Positions 56,499 to 64,000 of a stretch of 64,000 bases of DNA are shown one piece after another. The stretch covers positions 160,270,001 through 160,334,000 of the forward strand of contig NC_043000.1 in the NCBI RefSeq assembly GCF_006345805.1, in the 5' to 3' direction. Made by a program: the position numbers and the translations under genes. The stretch comes from Octopus sinensis (Eukaryota). The notes beneath the pieces were generated by a model. It did no database searches. It was not told the DNA's origin and saw nothing but the letters and a program-made list of their open reading frames with translations. How positions within the stretch are numbered: the stretch's first letter is position 1; each line of letters opens with the position of its first letter.

Positions 56499-56543
56499 CA
56501 CACGGATCCGAGTTTCAAGGTGTTTACCTTTCATCAGCGTGTG
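56499..56543 (-). ncRNA. Type I hammerhead ribozyme motif of the 351-bp monomer
   Basis: Minus strand: CACACG [CUGAUGA] AAGGU-aaac-ACCUU [GAAA] CUCGGA U C / CGUGUG. The core is canonical and stem I extends into a long rod. Confidence 0.8.
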
Positions 56544-56976
56544 ACAATCATGGTTGTCGACGAGAAGTCAGCTCCCTTCACAAATACATATACTTTTTCC
56601 AGTGTCGATTGACACTGATATTGAAAAAGTGAAATCAAACAATGATAAATCTCAGAGCGAGTTATAAACAGTAGCGGTAACATATCGTGACGCATATTTG
56701 CCATTTGAATATGGCTAACCCCTAAGGGTGGATGCTACTGTAGTTTGTAGCCCCAGGAATATATCTCCTCCAGCTGGCTATAGACACACTATCTGTGTCC
56801 TCTCAGTATTTGTGAAGTATTTTTTCCATGTACCTGTCAAGACTTTTACTCATACACACTCGCTCTGAGATTTATCATTGTTTGATTTCACTTTTTCAAT
56901 ATCAGTGTCAATCGACACTGGAAAAAGTATATGTATTTGTGAAGGGAGCTGACTTCTCGTCGACAACCATGATTGT

Positions 56977-57021
56977 CACACGCTGATAGAAGGTAAACAC
57001 CTTGAAACTCGGGTACGTGTG
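56977..57021 (+). ncRNA. Second copy of the 351-bp family HHR (core CUGAUAGA variant)
   Basis: CACACG [CUGAUAG/A] AGGU-aaac-ACCUU [GAAA] CUCGGG U A / CGUGUG. Confidence 0.65.
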
Positions 57022-57839
57022 TATCATGAGTTGAAGACGGGGAGGATGACTCCCCTTCACAAATACTGAGAGGACACAGATAGTGTGTCTATAGCCAGCT
57101 GGAGGAGATATCTTCCTGGGGCTACAAACTACAGTAGCATCCACCCTTAGGGGTTAGCCATATTCAAATGGCAAATACGCGTCACGATATGTTACCGCTA
57201 CTGTTTATAACTCGCTCTGAGATTTATCATTGTTATATATATATTATATATGTGCATATATATATATATATATATACGTACATATATATACGTATATATA
57301 TACATACATACAGCAGACATTCATACATACATGCTTATGTGTATGTATGTTTTATTAGCGGAGGAAGCATTATTTGTACTAAAAAGTAATCTTTTTATCC
57401 AACGTAACGTAGGTATCTTGTTGAAATTTCTCAAGTGCATATATTTAAGGTTGCCTCAAGATTAATAATGCAACACAAACACACATACACACACACCCAT
57501 ACATGCATGCATTCATATATATGCATATGTATGCATGCGAGTGCGTTGCGTGCATGCGTGGAGGTAATAACCGACCTCCTCCTGGTAAAAGTAAAATGCT
57601 TTCTTTTGATCTAGCGAAGAGCATTGAGTGATCCTTCAATTTAATATCTGGATATTTTCATGTATATCCTTGTAAAGGAACAAGCACGTCTTTGTGTGTA
57701 TTTGTGTGCGTGTGTGTGTGTATGCTTGATGGGTGTGGGCTTGTGTGTGTATGTGTGTGTGTACGTGCGCGCGCGAGTGCGTGTGTGCAAACTAACACGT
57801 AAATCGCAAAGCTTCATAGCATACAAGTACACGTAGTTG

Positions 57840-57930
57840 TATGTATATGTATGCATATGTATGTATACCTACTTTACATACATACATATTTATATATGTA
57901 TATATATATGTATATATATATGTATGTGTG

Positions 57931-57967
<37 letters not shown>

Positions 57968-58160
57968 CCATATATATATGTATGTTTCTATATATACGTG
58001 TATGTATATATATATATATACATATGTATGCATGTATGTATCTTTATATGTATGTACGTATGTATCTTTATATGTATGTATGTATGTATGTATCTTTATA
58101 TGTATGTATGTATGTATCTTTATATGTATGTATGTATGTATGTATGCATGTACGTATATA
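57840..58160. repeat. (TA)n/(TATG)n low-complexity tract
   Basis: Seen directly. Confidence 0.93.
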
Positions 58161-59459
58161 TGTTATGTGTTCTCAAAGAAACGACAAAAGTTAAAAATGT
58201 ATTTCAAGCATGCAGCTTGATATAATTTATTATGATCATGTTAAACATATACTTTGTATATAGCTATTGCAACATCAACAAAGTCTAGCTACATGACATA
58301 TATTACCAGTAACATGGTTGTTACTTGAAAGTAATCGTATGCTAAATTTATGTTGCTTTATACTCCACGCGGTAGATTACGTTGAATTCTATAAGGTAAT
58401 ATGTACCATTACTATATACCGTTTCTTGATAGAAGCGCCATAGTTGAAAATATCGATTACTATAAAATGTTACCAAATAATAGCAATGTGATGTAGAAAT
58501 AATTAGCATATACCCGATTGAATGACAGATAAATAAACACTCTCAAATGTACAAACGCAGACACAGATGCAGACTCACATATACACATGCCCATAGACAG
58601 ATTTTAATTCAACCATTTCTTTTATTTAGTCTGTTGATTTTTCTTAAGAATACTTCTTTTTCCTTCTCATGGAAGCCCAATTCTATTTGTTCTCATGAAT
58701 TTTGTCGAAGTGTTTTTTTTCTGAATTCAGCCAAGTTGTTCCGATGTCAGAAGTATAAGTAAAGGAGCAGTCGATAAGAAACAGATATTGTCTGCTTGCT
58801 GCTCAGTATTCTTTGTGAAGATTGACGTTATCAGATAGATGCTCTGAGGTGACAATGACTAGTTTGGCTTTAGCATCTTAGGAACCAAGATTGTAAAGTT
58901 ATTGGTGACAGTGCCAAGAGGGAGAGCGTGGTTGCGTTGTTATTTACACTTTCGTGTTGTGTTCTTTTTTCGCTCATTTTTGTTCCTTTCACATGGTGAA
59001 TAGTTGCATTTCAAGTTCTGAGATACGGTTGTGGATAAAGATTCTTGCATATGCAAGTAAATACACGTTTTACATCATTATGCTGGGCTTAAGCTAGGGC
59101 GCCATAATTGGGAGAATAGTTAAGGTGAAGATGGAAACAGTCTCTTTCCCTTATATCAGCTAGGCATACACGTACACAACACACTTACACATGCACACAT
59201 GAAAACACCCACAAATACACACACTCACACATACACACGAACACACACACACGAGTACACAAACACACACACATATGTATGCACGCATATATTTACAGCA
59301 AGAATTTTATTGAAGCTGTGACGTTTTGGCTGACATCATATCTGACTATACATATTGCCGAAATTTAGACGTAACAGTCAAATTCTTCCTTGCAAACTTA
59401 TAATAAATATGTTACTCGGATGAAGAGTATTCAATGACTCTTCAATGTAATATTTTCTA

Positions 59460-59815
59460 CTATAGGCACAAGGCCTGATGCTTAGGGTGATGATTTTATC
59501 GAGATTACATCAAGCCCAATTCTCAATTGCCACTTATCTCATCGACTCCGAAATGAAATTCAAAAGTCGAACACTGATGAACTTCACAGACAAAATACTA
59601 CTAAGATTTTATCCCGGTGTGGTAACGATTATGCTAATTCGACGCCTTTAAAGATCCCTTAATGTAATATTTGTTTTCAAGTTCTACGTTTGTAGGTTGA
59701 ATCCGAAATGAAATTCAAAAGTCGAACACGGTCGAACTTCACAGAGGAAATATCACCAACGATTTAGTACGGTGTGGGAACGATTATGCCAGTTCGACGC
59801 CTTTAAAGATCCTTT
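59460..59815 (-). mobile_element. Two tandem SINE remnants (29208 family), period ~155 bp
   Basis: CCGAAATGAAATTCAAAAGTCGAACAC...TTCGACGCCTTTAAAGATCC occurs at ~59548-59657 and ~59703-59812. It is the reverse complement of the SINE head. Confidence 0.6.
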
Positions 59816-61963
59816 ATTTCGATATTCTATTTTTCTAGGTTAACAAGAAGTCGTCTTACTCTGGAATCTTCGCAGAATTGTTTTCTATTCTTTAGGAAAA
59901 GACTGCTGAAATGCGATCTTACTCTCGACAGTATCCTTTTAGATGATACTTTATTTGCTAATTATTTCTAATGCATATATGTGTGAGTAGTTGTGTGTGT
60001 GTGTGTATGTGTGTGTGTGTATGTGTGTGCGCGCGTGTGTACCTGTGCGCGCGTTCATTGCTGTATATACATAAAAGTGAGTTTGAAGTGAGTGCGAGCG
60101 TGTATGTTCCTTATGCATTCGAAAACTGAGATGCCGATTTTGACGTAAAGGGTATCAAAAGATTCAGTAATCTTTCGGCTACCAAGTAAACTTTATTTTC
60201 ATTTACATATTTTCTACGTTATCTCAACAACCAGCATTAGTTATTTGATAGACACTGAACTACAACGACCAGGTTTCATTAGAAAGTGAAAATTGTTTCA
60301 CACTTTCAATATGAAACAAATTTACAAAGTGTTGCATTACGCGAGTGACGATGTGTGAAAAATGAAACTAATGTTTTTCCAAATTAGTCACATCTGTACA
60401 ATAGTAAAGAAAGCTGCTTATCATTTACCTATATATATATATTTTATAAATGCTACCAAGTAAACTATGTTTTTAGCACAACTCTTTTTACTACTAAAAT
60501 AACCTGGGAAACTAGGTCAGTCGCTCAATTTTGAGCTCATTTTTGGTCAATATTTCGATTTGCTTCGTCCAATGCTTCATATATGCTTAGAATTCTGCTC
60601 AGGCAAACATTTATGAAAATGTACACATAAATATTGTATTAAAAGAGGCCACAAAAATCCTTTAAAAGACATCCATTTCTCTATATGTTATGAGGAAATA
60701 CAGTCACGCCCCCTCCTATCTATCTCACTGTCTCTCTCACACACACAGGAACATGCACACATACATGCAATTACAGCTCCATTCCAATTGAAATGACATT
60801 TTCCTATTCTGTAATTCGTTTGTGATGAGCGTATTTAAGAACCTGATCTTCGATATAAACTTAAAAGGAAGGTTTCCCAGAAATCCTGTCTTTTACCTGT
60901 TGTTTATAGCATTCCAAGGTGACATTTGCGCTGCACCTTGTTTTTCTCCTAAATTTCTTTCGATTTCTAAGTTTTCTATACAGGAGATTAGGATTTCGCC
61001 TAAAAAACACGTTCTCAATATTTCAATTTTCTCCCTCCCCATCACAAGTTCTTTAATTTAAAATTTTTCCAGTTTTTTAAAAAAATATTTTATTATCCAC
61101 GGAGAATTCTCTTCTTCCTCTTTTCTTAAAGAAACACTAATATATCCTTCCCGAGCATCCACCCCTTTAAAGAAAGCTATAAGCTCCTAATGTTTCACTT
61201 CTAGCTTTTTGGAAAGCGAGGAAGTTTCTTGAAAAACAATGTCGTTTACCAGTTGTTTCTAGAATGTTGGGTTTTCTGGTGGTGCTCTGGTATTTTTTAC
61301 ATCTGCTATTTCAGTACTGATGTTTCTACGCATGCGTGAAGCATCAGGCGAAAGTGAAACATTGGGAAGTCTTAGCTTTTTGAAAGCGGGTATGGTCGGC
61401 GACGTGGGGGATGGGGCATTGAGTGTTTCTTTAAGAAAAATTAAACCTAAAAAAAAACATATATGTTTCCTAGACTCGTAATCCCTGTATTTTTCTACGA
61501 GGTTAAAAAAAAAAATTGGGGGAAAAAAGTCACAAACTAAAAAATTGCAGTGGGGACGGGGCTAAAATTTAAATTTTGAAAACGTGACTTCTGGGCAAAA
61601 TCGATGAAACAATACGTAATTTGTGATCCTTCTTAAGAACCGAAAGCACTTTCATGCAAGCCTATGCAAATTGTACCTTCCCCCTTTCAGTTTTAAACAA
61701 ACAATAACTTCCATTACGCCAGTAATCCAGTTCACTATATATCCGCTGTGCCGATTCTGCCCATAAAAATAGAACAAATAATACAATGTGGCTGTTGGTC
61801 ATAACAGTGGTGCAACGCCGGGGTGCATTGCTAGTGTGTGTGTGTGTGTATGTGTGTATGTATAATATATATAATATATATATAAATATATATACACATG
61901 TATCGATTCATGTGTGCGGAGATGTATAGATGTGTGTGTGTGTGTGTGTGCGTGCGTGCGTGC

Positions 61964-61997
<34 letters not shown>

Positions 61998-62049
61998 GAC
62001 TGCTATGATATAATTTAGATTATTCAGTTCAGACTTCTTTTTATCAAGA

Positions 62050-62700
62050 AATATCTACATCACTTCGTACGTTAGACATGACAGCCATTCATTCAAATCC
62101 ATTAGATTGTGAAAATTCAGGCTTCTGAAAGATATGAAGGCAGAATATCTTCAGATAACAGCAATTAGTTAATGTTCTTTAAATCCTTTTAAGAGATATC
62201 GTTACTTGGTGTAATATCTGAAAGTATTCGATACGAAATTTTCAGTTTAGCGATCCAATGAAAAATGGAATTCTTTGTCGTCGATGACACATGTTCTTGC
62301 TAGGTGTTCAGTTCCCCCTTCCGAGGTATTATAGACAAATTGAAACAAGATTTTTTCGTCACATCCTTGAAAGAAATTTATCAAATATCTGTAGTAACTG
62401 CTTTGGGGGAGTGTTTACAACGAGAGTCAAATAATTCTTTCGGTATTCTCTAATGAGGTAATAGGTCTCTGTAGATCCTAACCGTGTAAAGATAAGATCC
62501 GCAAAGTGAGTGTGCAGAAGGATTTCGAAAAATACACAGTAACTGCTAGGATGAGGATTTATGAGGAGGAAAAGCTTTCGAAATTAATGTGAGAAGTTAG
62601 CAGTCATGTTGTTGTTGCAAAGATAGCTGATCTCGATGTATGTTAAACAGTTTACTGTAAGTGCAATTCGGTCAGATATGTGATAAAATAGCGCGTTTTC
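62050..62700 (-). pseudogene. Possible very degenerate Penelope GIY-YIG remnant
   Basis: Only short pieces (GCDEK...R.C.HRRQ) resemble the PLE endonuclease; there are many stops. Confidence 0.25.
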
Positions 62701-63064
62701 GCAGAAAATATAGAGTGGAATAAAGCCTCCCTCTTACTTTCAAGTTCTAGTTTTTATTTCAAAAGGGCTAGATAAGCGGTGGATTATCATCATCTTTCGA
62801 GTGTCGGACAAACCCGAAACTACAAGTGCTGAGATAAAATTCCTTCAACTTTAAATTTCAATTTCATATTTTAGTGTTGATAAATAGAACACAAGTCAAA
62901 TGCAAGGCGGTTGACATGTTCTTTCCTCTTTCTCCATCTCTCACTTTCATTTAATCCCTTTCAACCAGGTGTGTGAAAACTTCGATTGTGAAGTGGTGGT
63001 GTGTGTGGGTGGGGAAAAATTAGACATCCAGTTACACATACATAGATATATGTACATGTATATG

Positions 63065-63175
63065 AGACGAGCTACTTTCAGATTCCGTCTACCAAATCCA
63101 GGCATAAGGCTTTGGTCGGTCCGAGAACGAAACCCGGAACAATGTGGTTGGAAGCAAGCTTCTTACAAAAACAGA
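63065..63175 (-). mobile_element. Internally deleted SINE (48038/50324 family)
   Basis: Minus strand GTAAGAAGCTTGCTTCCAACCACATTGTTCCGGGTT...GACCAAAGCCTT...GATTTGGTAGACGGAATCTGAAAG. Confidence 0.7.
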
Positions 63176-64000
63176 TACATATTCAGACACACACACACAC
63201 ACACACACACACACTGACACACACACTGACACACACACTGACACACACACAAGCACATACACACAAGCATATATTTATGTATGCGTGTACTCACACATAT
63301 AAATAATACTATACATATGTATATGTGTGTGTGTGGTTTAAAAGTCAGGCAGAGAAGGGAAAAATAGACGTAAACTAGGCGAAAACATACCGGGCAGGAA
63401 AGTGAGACAAAAAGCATGACACAAGGAACATTCGCAGCTGATTCTCTCACGAGTTGCTTTACGAGACGTCTTAGTCGTTTCACGCTATTTTAAACCAATT
63501 CCACTGTTATAAGCTACAGGAAAAAGCTGACAAATGTGTGTGAGAACAGGACAATAAGAATAATGCGTGTACAATAAGAAATAATGAGAAGATATAACAG
63601 ACCAGGAATAGTATATATACAATAGAAAATGCCTTACGGCTGTACAGTGAGTGTCAGGAAAGAATTATACAGTATAAAACAATAAGATACAAACAGAAAA
63701 AGCCTTAACGGTTATCAAGTCAGACGTAATGTGATACGGTAAAGAAATGGAAAAAGTCCTTGACAGACAGAACATAAAGCGTGTCTGGTTTGGTCAGCAG
63801 TAGGCCGAAAAATCAAGATGCTTTAATGGGACACTGATCATTGCCTTAACTTGGAATAATTATTATGCTGCTTAAAAGCCTATCTATAACACAATGTCTA
63901 TGCAACGGAACTCGCTTGGATGTACTTCAACTCCACGAGCATAGCATCGAAGCATCATTTATAAGGGGATCTTATTCTCACATGATAGTACTGATTCCAA

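Larger units (their letters stand above)
56331..57234. repeat. 351-bp HHR-bearing monomer array: 1.4 copies, a 41-bp insert, then 1.07 inverted copies
   Basis: Unit starts ATATCGTGAC at 56331 and 56682. The left arm ends at 56817 and the inverted arm spans 56858-57234. Confidence 0.95.

Noticed and set aside
60830-61440. Possible decayed ORF1-like sequence on the minus strand with short direct and inverted repeats
   Set aside because: There are many stops and no zinc knuckle, so the family assignment cannot be supported by eye.

Overview
AT-rich, microsatellite-dense eukaryotic DNA that looks like an octopus (coleoid cephalopod) genome; this is inferred from the SINE/LINE families and composition. 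I can support no host-gene exon. The window holds decayed DNA transposons (three mariner relics, one Tc1, one hAT, two MITEs), tRNA-derived SINEs, R4/Dong-clade LINE fragments, a Penelope-like element (GIY-YIG) and an ORF1-only L1/Tx1-like retroelement nested inside a SINE. The main signal is non-coding: the window is unusually rich in type I hammerhead ribozyme (HHR) motifs. An 8.3-kb array of ~476-bp monomers (16446-24755) carries one hand-foldable HHR per monomer (17 copies), and an unrelated 351-bp monomer family (56331-57234) also carries one. Both arrays share one architecture: tandem copies, a central inversion, HHR-sense strands pointing outward, and target-site-duplication-like flanks in microsatellites. 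This fits retrozyme-like circular RNAs copied by rolling-circle reverse transcription primed from both ends of the target break (twin priming). Five more HHR-like motifs lie in Penelope-type repeats, some with core variants. All RNA folds were done by eye and no ribozyme activity is shown. Relic boundaries are approximate.
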